Positions 48,838 through 61,124 of a stretch of 64,000 nucleotides of DNA are shown here, one piece after another. Every line of letters begins with the position of its first letter. Positions within the stretch are counted from its first letter, which is position 1. The DNA is from an uncultured Chloroflexia bacterium (GTDB taxonomy: Bacteria > Chloroflexota > Limnocylindria > Limnocylindrales > CSP1-4): positions 1,440,001-1,504,000 of the forward strand of contig CAVXPZ010000001.1 of the NCBI GenBank assembly GCA_963763775.1, read 5' to 3'. Below the pieces are notes generated by a model that worked only from the letters and a program-made list of their open reading frames with translations, was not told where the DNA came from and searched no databases. Made by a program: the position numbers and the translations under genes.

Positions 48838-50175
48838 TCAGTCCGCCGGACCGGCCGGCGCGGATCCGCGCGACCGTGCGGCGAGGCGATCCCGAAGCCG
48901 GTACCACTCCCCGGCCACCGGCATGAACCACGGCCGACCCTCGTACGGGGCCGGCACCAGCGGGAACTTGAGGCGCGCGATGGCCGGCGCCTCGCCGCCG
49001 GCCATCCAGGCGCCCATCTGCGTCCCGAGGTTCGTCATCAGCGCCACGCCCGTCCCGCAGCATCCGAGCGCGAAGGCGATCCCGTCCTTGGTCCGGCCGG
49101 CGTGCGGCATCCGGTCGAAGGTGAACCCGACGTTCCCGCCCCAGGCATAGTCGATCCGATAGCCGGCGAGCTGCGGGTGCACCTCGAGGAGCCCCTTGTG
49201 CAGGATCGCGGCGGAGCGGTCGATGTTCGTCGGGAGGAAGCTCGCCCGGCCGCCGAAGATCATCCGGCCGTCGGCGGACACGTGCCAGTAGTACAGGAAG
49301 TTCTTCGTGTCGAAGAACGCTCGGCCCTTCGGGGAGAGCTCGTGCACGAGATCCGGGGGCAGCGGCTCGCTCGCGATGATGTAGCTCCCGATCGGGATCA
49401 CGCGTCGCCGGAGGCTCGGGGCCACCGCATCCGTATAGCCGTTCGTCGCGACGAAGACGTCACGGGCCAGGATGGCGCCGCGCTCGGTCTCGACGACGAA
49501 CCGCCCGTCGCCCTGTCGGCGGATCGTGCGGGCGCGCACACCCTCGTGAAGGTCCGCCCCGGCGCGGTCGGCGGCGGCCGCGAGCCCCGCGAAGTACCGT
49601 CCCGGGTGCAGGAGCCCGCTGCCTTCCACGGCGAGCGCCCCGAAGTAGGCGTCCGTCCCGATCTCCTCGCGGATCCGCTCGCGTGGCACGACCGTCGACG
49701 TGACGCCGACCGTCGCGAGGCTGTCGCGGGCGTGGGCGAGCTCCGGGACGTGCGATGGCGCGTAGGCGAGCTCGAGGTGCCCCACCTCGCGGAAGTCGCA
49801 GTCGATGGCCTCCTCCGCGATGAGGCGCTTGACCAGGTCGTAGGAGTCGAGCGTCTCGCGATACAGGGCGCGGCCGGTCTCGGCCCCGTACCGATCGAGG
49901 AGCTCGGTCGGTCCCCACTTGTAGCCGGCGTGGACGATGCCCCCGTTCCGCGTCGACGCACCCCAACCGAGCGTGTTCGCTTCGAGGAGCGTGACGGCGA
50001 CCCCGCGGCGAGCGAGCTCGCGGGCCGCGTTGATCCCGGCGTAGCCACCACCGACGACCACCACGTCCGCGGTGTCGGGCAGGGCTCGGCCGGACCGGTC
50101 GGGCAGCGCCGGCATCGTGGCCTGCCAGTACGCTCGGCGCTCGTAGTCGCGGTTCAGTGACGGGGCTGACGCCAT
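48838..50175 (-). CDS. FAD-dependent amine oxidase (DAO/PuuB-like)
   Basis: VVVVGGGYAG, GWGASTRNGG, LHPGRY, ATNGY, YAWGG, PHAG, GTGV. Confidence 0.9.
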   Translation of the reverse strand: MASAPSLNRDYERRAYWQATMPALPDRSGRALPDTADVVVVGGGYAGINAARELARRGVAVTLLEANTLGWGASTRNGGIVHAGYKWGPTELLDRYGAETGRALYRETLDSYDLVKRLIAEEAIDCDFREVGHLELAYAPSHVPELAHARDSLATVGVTSTVVPRERIREEIGTDAYFGALAVEGSGLLHPGRYFAGLAAAADRAGADLHEGVRARTIRRQGDGRFVVETERGAILARDVFVATNGYTDAVAPSLRRRVIPIGSYIIASEPLPPDLVHELSPKGRAFFDTKNFLYYWHVSADGRMIFGGRASFLPTNIDRSAAILHKGLLEVHPQLAGYRIDYAWGGNVGFTFDRMPHAGRTKDGIAFALGCCGTGVALMTNLGTQMGAWMAGGEAPAIARLKFPLVPAPYEGRPWFMPVAGEWYRLRDRLAARSRGSAPAGPAD

Positions 50176-50207
50176 GCCCGCGAGCGTAGCGGAGCGCGAG
50201 GCCGCTC

Positions 50208-51332
50208 GTGGCGTCCGACGGACCGCGGTACCCTGTCGGCGGGACGATCACGGCACCGCGAGGCCGATCCGTGCTCTTCGAGCCGACACCCATCGAGACA
50301 CCCGGTTCCGGCGGCTGGCGCCGGCTGGCGGCCGTCGCCCTGCCCGTCGCGATCCTGGTCGCGGTCGTCGGCGCGAGCGTGGTCGCGAACGGTCCGGACC
50401 GTGCCACGACACCGGACCTGGCCGATGCGTCGCCGGCAGCCATCGCCCGGGCCGGCGAGGCCTCCGCGCCGGCACCGTCCGCGTCGCCGGGACGGCCGGC
50501 GTCGGCGGCGACCGCGGTCCGGTATCCATCCGCCACGTACGGGCTCCCGGTGCGAGGCGTCGGCGCAACGCTCGACCGGATCGACGGCGGCCTGGCGCTC
50601 GCGACCGACCTCGTCGCGGTCCGCGGCTGGCTGACCATCCGCCCGGACGGATCCGCCTGTGCGTCGAGCTTCGGACCGCCTGCCCTCGAGGACGAGCTCT
50701 GCCGGGAGACCGGCGTTCTGCGCGACGACCCGACGCCGGTCTTCGAGTGGGCCGGCACGGGCGTGCAGCGCACGTCCGCCAGCGGCCCCGAGCTCGACCC
50801 GCTGATCCCGCCCGGGGTCGCGCGCTGGGGCATCGACGTGAACAAGGTCGCCCCGAATGGCGACGGCGACCTCGCCGGCCCGATCGTGCCGATCCCGGTC
50901 GTGCTCGTCGGCCGGTACTCGGTCCCGCGGCTGGCGGCGTGCCTTACCGAGCCGGGCTGCGGGCTCCAGTTCACCACCGAACGGATCGTCTGGGTCGACG
51001 GCTCGTGGCAGACCCAGCCGGTCGTGCAGGCCGTGGCCCCGGAGCGGACCGGCCTGGATGTCGCGGGGAGCCGGCAGATCGCCCTCGATGCGTTCCCCGG
51101 TCCGACCATCCTGCTCAGCCAGGCGCTCGTCCCGGGCTCGATGCTCGGGCGCCTCGACCCGGATGCGGCGGCGGCCATGCTCGGCACGCAGGCATCCCGG
51201 GTGTCGGTCCGGGTCTGGTACCTGCGCGTCATGAGCCCGGCCGCGACCGGGCCGGGCATGAGCCCCGCCATCGGCTGGATCGCCATCGATGACGCGACCG
51301 GCCGGATCCTCGGGCGGCGCGACGCGGCCTGA
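50208..51332 (+). CDS. Hypothetical membrane-anchored protein
   Basis: Long GC-biased ORF with an N-terminal TM, paired Cys and C-terminal WIAIDDATGRIL. Confidence 0.6.
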   Translation: MASDGPRYPVGGTITAPRGRSVLFEPTPIETPGSGGWRRLAAVALPVAILVAVVGASVVANGPDRATTPDLADASPAAIARAGEASAPAPSASPGRPASAATAVRYPSATYGLPVRGVGATLDRIDGGLALATDLVAVRGWLTIRPDGSACASSFGPPALEDELCRETGVLRDDPTPVFEWAGTGVQRTSASGPELDPLIPPGVARWGIDVNKVAPNGDGDLAGPIVPIPVVLVGRYSVPRLAACLTEPGCGLQFTTERIVWVDGSWQTQPVVQAVAPERTGLDVAGSRQIALDAFPGPTILLSQALVPGSMLGRLDPDAAAAMLGTQASRVSVRVWYLRVMSPAATGPGMSPAIGWIAIDDATGRILGRRDAA

Positions 51333-51375
51333 CGGCGGCCGCCGGGCACGCCCGCCCGACCTCGAAAAGCGACGG

Positions 51376-52752
51376 TCAGGCGTCCGGCGCCTCGTAGGCG
51401 AGGCGGCCGTCGGCCAGCGTCAGCACGACCCGACCCGGCAGCGACATCCCGAGCAACGGCGAGTTCTTGCCGCGCGACGCCAGCGATCCGGGAAGCACGG
51501 TCCAGGGCTCGGAGCGGTCGAAGACGACCAGGTCGGCGGGTGCGCCTTCGACGAGCCCGACGGCCGAGCGCCGGCGCGTGCGGTCACCGAGGATCGCCGC
51601 CGGACCGGTGGTGAGGGCCGCGATCGCCGTCGCCAACGGCAGGCACCCCGCGTCCACGGCGGCGAGCAGGAGGCCGAGCGCCGTCTCGATGCCGCTGATC
51701 CCATTGGCCGCCAGCCCGAACTCGACGTGCTTGTCGACCTCCGTGTGCGGGGCGTGGTCCGTGGCGACCGCATCCGCGGTGCCATCCGCGAGCGGCGGCG
51801 AGGACCGCCGCCGCGTCTGCTGCCGACCGGAGCGGCGGGTTGACGCGCAGCGACGGATCGAACGGCGGCGCCACGATCCCGCCATCGGCCCACGGGTCGT
51901 CGTCCGCGTCCCAGGCATAGCGACGCCCACCGGCGATCCACGCGTCGGTCAGGGCGAGGTGGTGCGGCGTCACGTCGCAGGTGACCGGGAGACCGGCCGC
52001 CTTCGCCCGCCGCACCTGCGCCAGGGCTCCCGCGGTCGACACGTGGGTCAGGTGCAACCGGGCGCCCGGGACATCCCGGGCGACATCCGCGAGCAGCGCC
52101 AGGTCGCGGGCGACGGCCGCCTCCTCGGCCGCCGCGGGCCAGCCGCGAAGCCCGAGGACGGTCGCCACGAACCCGTCGTTCGCTTCCGCGCCCACCGTCA
52201 GCGACCCGTCCTCCGGGTGGTCCACGATCGGCAGCCCCAGCGCGCCGGCGTAGGCGAGCGCCGAACGCAGGATCGCCGCCGAGGCCACCGGCGACCCGTC
52301 GTCGCTGAACCCGACGACACCCGCGTCCGCGAGCTCGCCGAGCGCGGCGAGCGTCTCGCCGCGTCGTCCGACGGTCACCGCGCCATGCACGAGGAGCTCG
52401 ACCGGGGAGCCCGACGCGGCGCCCGCGGCCCGTACCGCGGCCAGCACCCCGGGCTCGTCGATCGCCGGGGTCGTGTTCGGCATCGCGCATACGGTCGTGA
52501 ACCCGCCGTGGGCGGCCGCAGCCAGCCCCGTCGCCACCGTCTCGGCGTCCTCGTTGCCGGGCTCGCGCAGGTGCGCGTGCAGGTCGATGAAGCCAGGGGC
52601 GACGACGACGCCGTTCGCGTCGACATCGTCGGCTTCCGCGCCGGACAGCCAGGTGACCGCCTCGAGGATCCCGCCGCGGACGACGATCTCGCCCGGCCCC
52701 TCGCGAGCGGCCGCCGGGTCGACCAGCCAGGCGCGGCTGATCTCGAGGTCGA

Positions 52753-52756
<4 letters not shown>
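51376..52756 (-). CDS. pyrC: Dihydroorotase (frameshift near 51795)
   Basis: PGFIDLHAHLREPG, GGFTTVCAMPNT, FSDDG, HVST, VTPHHL, VNPPLR, ATDHAPH, SRGKNSP. Confidence 0.95.
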
Positions 52757-54437
<1,681 letters not shown>

Positions 54438-54480
54438 TCGGGAGAAGGATACGCCGTCGGCGGGACCGGTGGACCCGCGC

Positions 54481-55038
54481 TCAGTAGACGTAGACGGTCA
54501 CCTGGGTCGTTCCGGACCAGGAGGCGCAGCCGCAGATCTTGAAGAAGTCCTGCTTGTCGAGGTCGATGATCCGGCTCGGCGTCTGCGGTCCGTAGTCCGT
54601 GATGATGCGCTCGAGGCAGCCCGCGCCGCCGCACACGATCACGGTGGTGCCGCGTGGCAGACGCATGGCCGTCAACCCCTCGTTGTAGAACGTGGCCGTC
54701 CCGGTCAGGTGGTACCTGGCCGGCTTCCGCGACGAGCCGGCGCTGCCGTCCGGCTGGTCCACCTTGGCCCGATGGCCCTTGGCGGTCTTGGGGGGCGTCC
54801 CGGGCTCGATGAAGACGTCATCCGCGGTCACGGCGCCCTCGGCGCGCTGGGCATCGTCGAGCCCGTCGACGGCGCCTGCCGATCGAACCGGATCCGCGAT
54901 GTCACGCGTAGGCTGGAACGCACCGACCGGGACCGGTTCGATGGGATGGGGAGCCCGCGAACCAGCCAGACCCGGGAGTGCGACCAGGGCGAGGGTGGCA
55001 GTGAGGGCACACCCTACGACCATCGTCCTGGGCCGCAT
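54481..55038 (-). CDS. Secreted RlpA-like double-psi beta-barrel protein
   Basis: Signal peptide; TGTATFY...LPRGTTVIVCG...ITDYGP...RIIDL. Confidence 0.75.
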   Translation of the reverse strand: MRPRTMVVGCALTATLALVALPGLAGSRAPHPIEPVPVGAFQPTRDIADPVRSAGAVDGLDDAQRAEGAVTADDVFIEPGTPPKTAKGHRAKVDQPDGSAGSSRKPARYHLTGTATFYNEGLTAMRLPRGTTVIVCGGAGCLERIITDYGPQTPSRIIDLDKQDFFKICGCASWSGTTQVTVYVY

Positions 55039-55201
55039 TGGGACGAGGAATCTACGCCGGATCGCCGTCGAGCGCCAGATGGTTTCGCGGACGGCCGCCC
55101 GGCGGCCCGGTCGCCGACCGCCCGTCGGGCGTCTGGCGGGGCGCGTACCCTTGTCCGGCGCGCTGACATCGCACCTCGACCGCACGAAAGGAGCCCGCCC
55201 C

Positions 55202-55890
55202 GTGGGCCTCAGCGACAACCTCATCGCGAACGAGCAGATCGTCTTCGAGAGCGAGAAACACTGGATCGCGCCGCTGCGCGACTCGCTCGTCCCGATCCTG
55301 CTCCTCCTCGGGGCGTACTTCCTCGGCTGGCTCGCACCCGACAGCAAGAGTGGGATCGCCGGGGCGTTCGGGAACCTGCTGGACCTGATCCGCAACGGCC
55401 TGCTGATCGTCGCGGTGGTCTGGATCGGCTACAACATCATCGTGTGGCGGACGGCCAAGTTCGCCGTCACCAACCTGCGCGTCATCCGCGAGGAGGGGTT
55501 CATCTCCAAGCGCCAGTCCGCGACGCTCCTCGCCAACGTCACGGACGTGAAGACCCGGGTCCCGTTCCTGGGAGGTCCGCTCCATTTCGGCGATCTGACG
55601 ATCTTCACGCAGTCGGGCAACGCCGGGGCGGACCGCTTCACGACGATCACCAAGCCGATCGACTTCCGGGACAAGATCATGGACAAGAAGATGGCCGATG
55701 CCGGCAGCCGCCGCTGCGACCGCCGCAGGCCCCGACGGCTCCTGCCGCCCCGACCGCGGCCAGCGCTGCGACGCAGCAGGCCAACGCCGATGCGGCCACG
55801 CTCGCCCGGCTCGCCGAGCTGCGCGACAGCGGCGCGATCACGGCCGCGGACTACGAAGCCAAGAAGACGGAGATCCTCGCCCGGATGTAG
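55202..55890 (+). CDS. Bacterial PH-domain membrane protein with a C-terminal SHOCT domain (frameshift near 55710)
   Basis: FAVTNLRVIREEGFIS...FGDLTI; LARLAELRDSGAITAADYEAKKTEIL. Confidence 0.85.
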
Positions 55891-55908
55891 CCCGGACGGC
55901 GCCGGGCG

Positions 55909-57765
55909 CTAGCGAACGACGACGACGTCCTCGCCGGGCACGCTCTCCACGCCGCCGAGACTGTCACCGGACCAGGCCACGACCTGGACCTTGCTGCCTT
56001 CGGCGTCCTGCCCGTGCGGCGTGACCCACGCCAACCGTCCATCGCCGATGGAGAAGCCCGGCAGGGCCGGGACCTCCGTCGGCGCGCCCTTCGGTCGTTC
56101 GAGGGTGCCGCTGCCGCGGTCCAGCCGGAACAGCGAGAGCCGGCCGATCGCCGGGTCCGCCGGCTCCGCGGTCCAGATCGCGAGCCATTGGCCGCTCTCG
56201 TCCCATCGGGCGTCGAAGTCCGCGATCTCGCCGTCCATGCCCGCGATCTTCGACCGCGTCGCCGCGCTCGTGGCGTCCGGCTGCCAGCTGGTCAGGATGA
56301 GTTCGCCCTGGTCGGGGAGCAGCCGCGTCGCGCCGTCGGCCGTGGCGACCGAGCCGGTCCACGCCACGGCGAACCGGTCGGTCGGGTCGACCACCGGGCG
56401 CCACAGGTCGATCGGATCGCCGATCGCCTTGCCACCCTTCGGGTCAAGGATGAAGCTGCGTGCGACCGTCGCATCCGCCGCGGCCGGGTCGGCCTCCAGC
56501 CGGCTGCCGACCACCCGATCCCCGGACCACGACGCGAAGACGCTGGCCCCATCGGTCGTCAGGCGGCGCGCGGCATCGTCGCCCATGCGCCAGACGTAGA
56601 TGTCCGGGCCGCCGCTCGAGTCAGCCGGCTTGGCGGTGAAGGCGAACCACTCGCCGTCCGCGGAGAACGCGGCTGACTGGCCCACGACCGTCACGCCGGT
56701 GGCGATCGCGATGGCCGTCGCGGTGGCCTGGGGCGTGGCCGCGGTGGTGGGCTCGGGCGTCGGGCTCGGCGTCGCCGCGGCGGTCTCGGCCGGCGTGGGC
56801 TCGGGGGTCGCGGTCTCCGGGCTCGCGGACGGCTCGGTGGACTCGGTCGGGCTCCCCGAGGGCTGGGGCGAGGCCGGCTCGGTGGGGGACGACGCGGGCG
56901 ACGCCGAGGGCGTCGCCGCCGCGGTCTCGGTCGGCGTGGGCGCCGGCGTGGCGGTGGTGCCGCTGTCGCTCGGGGAGGCCGTCGGCGTCGCCGTGGGGGC
57001 GGTCGCCCGGATCTTGGCCGGGAGCGACATCACGTAGATCTTGTCAGCGCCCGATCCATCGGATCCGACGACGACTGCTCGGTCGTCCGTCGGCGAGCCG
57101 AAGACGGTCTTCGGGGTCGCCGTGAGATCGACGGCCTTGGCGGCGCGCTCGTCGAGCGTGGCGCAACCCGGCTTGTCGCCGGCCGGGCAGACCTGCTGCA
57201 CGGCGTTGTCGTTGTAGGCGTACTTGCCGTCGCCGACCGAGCGGAACCAGCTGACCGAGTCGGCGACCACGTTCATCGGGGTCGCCCCCGGGAAGGCGCT
57301 CGCCAGGGCGATGTCGGGACTCGCCGCGGGTGCCGTGCTGGCGGTCCCGACCGCCGGCTGATCCAGCCAGCCGCCCGACAGGGCCGTGGCGCCGACGACG
57401 ATGACGACGATCGCGATCCCGGACATCGCACCGATCGGGAGCCGCGGACGACCCGTAGCGGTCCGGCGCCGCGCCCGCGGGCCGTGATGGGCCGCCTCGC
57501 GCTCGATGCCGGCCGCCGTTCGCGCCCAGAGGTCGCGCGGCGGCTCGATCGGGACGTCCCGAAGCGAGCGGAGCGCCAGCCGGTCCGTCTCGTAGGCCGC
57601 AGCCACCGAGCGACAGGCGGCACACTCCTCGAGATGGGCGTCGAGCCACGCCGCTTCGTCTGCATCGAGCGGCGAATCGAGCTGCTCCGCGGCGCGGGCG
57701 CGGGCGCGTTCGTGGGGCGACGACCAGCCGTCGGGCCGTCGCGGCACCCGCCAGGATCCGGTCAT
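55909..57765 (-). CDS. Zinc-binding anti-sigma factor with TM, Pro/Thr linker and beta-propeller-like sensor domain
   Basis: WLDAHLEECAAC (HxxxCxxC); TM; AFSADGEWFAF...DIYVW; overlaps the sigma gene stop. Confidence 0.88.
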   Translation of the reverse strand: MTGSWRVPRRPDGWSSPHERARARAAEQLDSPLDADEAAWLDAHLEECAACRSVAAAYETDRLALRSLRDVPIEPPRDLWARTAAGIEREAAHHGPRARRRTATGRPRLPIGAMSGIAIVVIVVGATALSGGWLDQPAVGTASTAPAASPDIALASAFPGATPMNVVADSVSWFRSVGDGKYAYNDNAVQQVCPAGDKPGCATLDERAAKAVDLTATPKTVFGSPTDDRAVVVGSDGSGADKIYVMSLPAKIRATAPTATPTASPSDSGTTATPAPTPTETAAATPSASPASSPTEPASPQPSGSPTESTEPSASPETATPEPTPAETAAATPSPTPEPTTAATPQATATAIAIATGVTVVGQSAAFSADGEWFAFTAKPADSSGGPDIYVWRMGDDAARRLTTDGASVFASWSGDRVVGSRLEADPAAADATVARSFILDPKGGKAIGDPIDLWRPVVDPTDRFAVAWTGSVATADGATRLLPDQGELILTSWQPDATSAATRSKIAGMDGEIADFDARWDESGQWLAIWTAEPADPAIGRLSLFRLDRGSGTLERPKGAPTEVPALPGFSIGDGRLAWVTPHGQDAEGSKVQVVAWSGDSLGGVESVPGEDVVVVR

Positions 57766-58400
57766 CGCGGTCGCTCCGCGGCGGATTCGGCGGCCTGCTC
57801 GGCCGCGCGCTCGGCGGCGAGGGCCTGGCGGAGGCTCTCTCGTGCGCGCGTCAGGAGCGCTCGGGCCGCCACGTGGCTGACACCCAGCGCCGCGGCAAGC
57901 TCGAGCCCCGTGAGGTCGTGCAGCTCGGCGAGGAGCAGCGCGGCCCGCTGGCGCTCCGGGATCCGCCCGAGGGCCCGCTGCATGTCACCGGAGAGGCGGG
58001 CCTCCATGACCAGGTGCTCGGCCGAGGGCGCAGACCCATACGATTCGCCGGTCCACGGGAAGAACCGGATGATCTTCCGACGGCGGATCTCGTCGAGCGC
58101 GACGCGGTGCGCGATCTGGTAGAGCCAGGCCCGGGCGTTCTCGGGCTTCTCGAGCGTCTCGTAGTTCTTGTAGGCCTTGATGAAGGCGTCCTGCGTCATG
58201 TCGGCGGCGACCTCCGGGTCGCGCATCATCCGGAGCAGGTACGCGTAGATCTCGTTCTGGTGCTTGGCGAAGAGCGTCTCGACGAACGCGGCCGCCTCGT
58301 CCCGATCCCACGCGCCGGTCATGAGACGTCCGGGACGCCCGGCGATGACCGGGACGCCGAGGGGTTCGCGAGGTCGCTCGAACGAACGGTCGATGGCCAC
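57762..58400 (-). CDS. ECF sigma-70 factor (start uncertain)
   Basis: AADMTQDAFIKAY, AWLYQIA, IPERQRAALLL...ELAAALG...LTRARESL. Confidence 0.94.
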   Translation of the reverse strand: MAIDRSFERPREPLGVPVIAGRPGRLMTGAWDRDEAAAFVETLFAKHQNEIYAYLLRMMRDPEVAADMTQDAFIKAYKNYETLEKPENARAWLYQIAHRVALDEIRRRKIIRFFPWTGESYGSAPSAEHLVMEARLSGDMQRALGRIPERQRAALLLAELHDLTGLELAAALGVSHVAARALLTRARESLRQALAAERAAEQAAESAAERPR

Positions 58401-58518
58401 TGAGACTCCGAGCAGAGAGGATCGCGGGACGCGCGGGGTGAGCGCGACGCGCTTGTCGGCCCAATGACGCCGGGCCTCCCTCCGGTGTGACGCCGCTCGG
58501 GACCGGACACGCGACCGA

Positions 58519-59517
58519 TCAACCCGTCGCGCCCGTCGGCGCGTCGGTGCGGCCGAGCAGTTCCTCGACCGCATCCTCGGGCGAGACGGGATTCACCGGG
58601 AGTCCGGTTCCCAGCTCGAGGCCGGCGATCTCCCGGAGGCGCGGGTGGATCTCCCAATGCCAGTGGTACGTGGCGTCGACCTGCTCGCGCAGCGGTGCGG
58701 TGTGCAGCACCAGGTTGTACGGCGGTCCGTCGAGGCTCGTCGCCAGCCGCGACAGGACCTGCCGCAGGGCCTCGGCCGTGGCGGCGATGTCCGGCGTCCC
58801 GGCCCGGCCGAAATCCGCCTCGTGCCGGCGTGGGACGACCCAGACCTCGAACGGGGAGCGGGAGGCGTACGGGGCGAACGCGACGCTCTCGGCGTCCTCC
58901 CAGACAAGGCGGTCCGGCCGACGGACCTCATCGCGGACGAGCCGGCAGAACGGACACTCGCCCTCGCGGATGACGAACCGCGCCGCGCCGCCCAGCTCCT
59001 CTGCGATCCGATGCGGGATCTGCGGGAGGTCGTACAGGTCCAGGCACAGATGGTTGGTTCGCGCGCCGGCCTGCGCGCCCCAGTTCTGGACGACCGTGAG
59101 GTACTCGGTCTGGCCGGTGGCGCGGGCCCCGACGATCGCGTCGCGCGCCCCGGTGAGCAGCGCCTCGATCACCTGGTTCCCCACGGCGTGCAGCGGTCGG
59201 TGCTCGCGCGGCGGGGCGACGACCGTGCGCCAACTGCCGGTGGCGCGGGCCTGGGCGAGCGCGACCTGCCCGAGTCCGTTGTCGAGCGACCGCGCGTCCT
59301 CGCCTGTGCCCACGACGTGGAACGCGAAGTCCTTGAGCATCCGCGTCCGGACACCCTCGCCGGGCGGCGTGGTGCAGTTCGCGCAGCCGAATACGTGGTC
59401 GTCGACCGGCTCGGCCGCTCGGGCGAACCGATCGAGGTGGAAGGCGCGGTCGACGACGGTCGCGACCCACCACCCGGTGATCGGGTCCTTGCGCAGCTCG
59501 AAGAGCCCGGCGGCCAC
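58519..59517 (-). CDS. GalT-fold (HIT-like) protein with a non-canonical active site
   Basis: ELRKDPITG, CANC, NWGAQAGARTNHLCLD, CPFC, PYASRSPFE, PYNLVLH, YHWHWEIHPR, AGLELGTG, NPVSPE. Confidence 0.88.
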   Translation of the reverse strand: MAAGLFELRKDPITGWWVATVVDRAFHLDRFARAAEPVDDHVFGCANCTTPPGEGVRTRMLKDFAFHVVGTGEDARSLDNGLGQVALAQARATGSWRTVVAPPREHRPLHAVGNQVIEALLTGARDAIVGARATGQTEYLTVVQNWGAQAGARTNHLCLDLYDLPQIPHRIAEELGGAARFVIREGECPFCRLVRDEVRRPDRLVWEDAESVAFAPYASRSPFEVWVVPRRHEADFGRAGTPDIAATAEALRQVLSRLATSLDGPPYNLVLHTAPLREQVDATYHWHWEIHPRLREIAGLELGTGLPVNPVSPEDAVEELLGRTDAPTGATG

Positions 59518-59525
59518 GGTCCCGC

Positions 59526-60243
59526 CTAGCGTCCGCGGTCCAGCGGCGCGTCGAGGACCGCGCCGAACCTCTCGGCGAAGATCCACGCCGCACGCTCGAC
59601 CGAGTCGGTCGACGGCCTCGCCGGCATCGTCACCGCGCTCGCGGGCGATCGACGTCGACACGACGTCCGGCATCCCGCATGGATCGATCAGCTCGAAGTC
59701 CGCGAGGTCGACGGTGATGTTCAGCGCGATCCCGTGGTACGTGACGCCGCGCTCCACCCGCAGGCCGAGGGCGCCGATCTTCCGCGGCGACGGGCCGTCC
59801 GGGTCGCACCAGCAGCCGGGATGGCCGTCACGACGTCCGGCGACGACGCCCAGCGCCGCGCACGTCTCGGCCAGCGCCGCCTCGAGGGCACGGACGAACG
59901 GCCGGACGAGCAGGCCCCGCTCGTGCAGGGCGACGATCGGATAGGCGACCAGCTGCCCCGGGCCGTGATAGGTCACCTCGCCCCCGCGCTCGATGCGGAT
60001 GACCTCGATGCCGCGCTCCTCGAGGTCGCGTTCGCTCGCCAGGATGTGGCCCGGGTCGCTGTTGCGTCCGAGCGTGAGGACGGCCGGATGCTCGAGGAGC
60101 AACAGGCGGTCGCCGATCCGCCCGTCGGCGCGTTCCGACGCCAGCGCACGCTGCATGGCGTGCGCTTCGCGATAGTCGATCCGGCCGAGCCAGTCGACCC
60201 GGATCGGGGCCGATCCGATGGGGGTGAGGACCGTCGCATCCAC
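59526..60243 (-). CDS. lipB: Lipoyl(octanoyl) transferase (frameshift near 59615)
   Basis: LEHPAVLTLG, RGGEVTYHGPGQLVAYP, KIGALG, HGIALN, PCG; the shifted frame ends AERFGAVLDAPLDRGR*. Confidence 0.94.
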
Positions 60244-60397
60244 CTCCGCACGATAGCAGGGCGGACGGGGCTGGCCCGTCGGAGCGCCTCGTCGGACCGG
60301 CGGGTGTGGTCGATATGCAACGACTCCGTTGGATGGAGTTCCGGGTGCGAGGCGCGAGGCGGCATAATCGGCCCTGCTTGACGGAGGCGTCGTACCG

Positions 60398-61124
60398 ATG
60401 ACGGACGACGAGCCGAGACCCATCGAGCCTGAGGTCATGCTGTGTTGTCCTGGTTGAATCGCGCGGGACCATTCGCGATCCCGCGCTTCATCTGGGTTCT
60501 CCTCGCGATCGACGCTGCCCTGGGCATCGTCTATCTCGCCGACTACGCGATCGGCCACCCCGTCAGCCTGTTCGCCAAGTTCATCGACCTCGACGGTGAG
60601 CGCAACCTTCCGACGTGGTACTCGTCGATCCAGTGGTTCGCCGTGTCCGCGCTGCTCTTCGGGGTCGCGGACCGGTTCGCCGAGCGACTGGCTCCGCGGT
60701 CCTGGCTGTTGTACCTGCTCCCGCGATCTTCCTGGCGTTCTCGATGGATGAGGTCGTGCAACTCCACGAGAAGGTGGGCGACGAGACTGACGCCCTTCTA
60801 CCTGGCGCGACTCGGGCGGCCACCCTCGTCCATGTGACCGGTCTCTACATCGTCGTGCTCGGCCTGCCGTTCCTGATCGCGTTCGGCGCCGTCATCCTGG
60901 CCGTTCGGCCGTACTTGCGTCGGCCGCCCGGCGGCCTCACGAAGGTCGTGGTCGGCATGATCATGATGATGACGGGAGCCTTGGGCTTTGACTTCCTCTC
61001 GAACTTCCTCACTCCTGGCTCCTGGCCGGCGACGATGGAGATCTACATCGAGGAATCGCTGGAGATGGTCGGGTCGACCGTCATCCTGTGGGGAAGCTTC
61101 CAGCTCCTGACGGACGTGGTCTAG
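60398..61124 (+). CDS. Multi-pass membrane protein (frameshifts near 60440 and 60720)
   Basis: IDLDGERNLPTWYSS, FSMDEVVQLHE, IEESLEMVG. Confidence 0.7.

Noticed and set aside
58519-60558. Apparent LipB-GalT fusion (679-aa ORF)
   Set aside because: An alternative frame from about 59615 gives a normal LipB C-terminus with TAG at 59526-59528, followed by a GTG at 59517. A single extra base explains the fusion.
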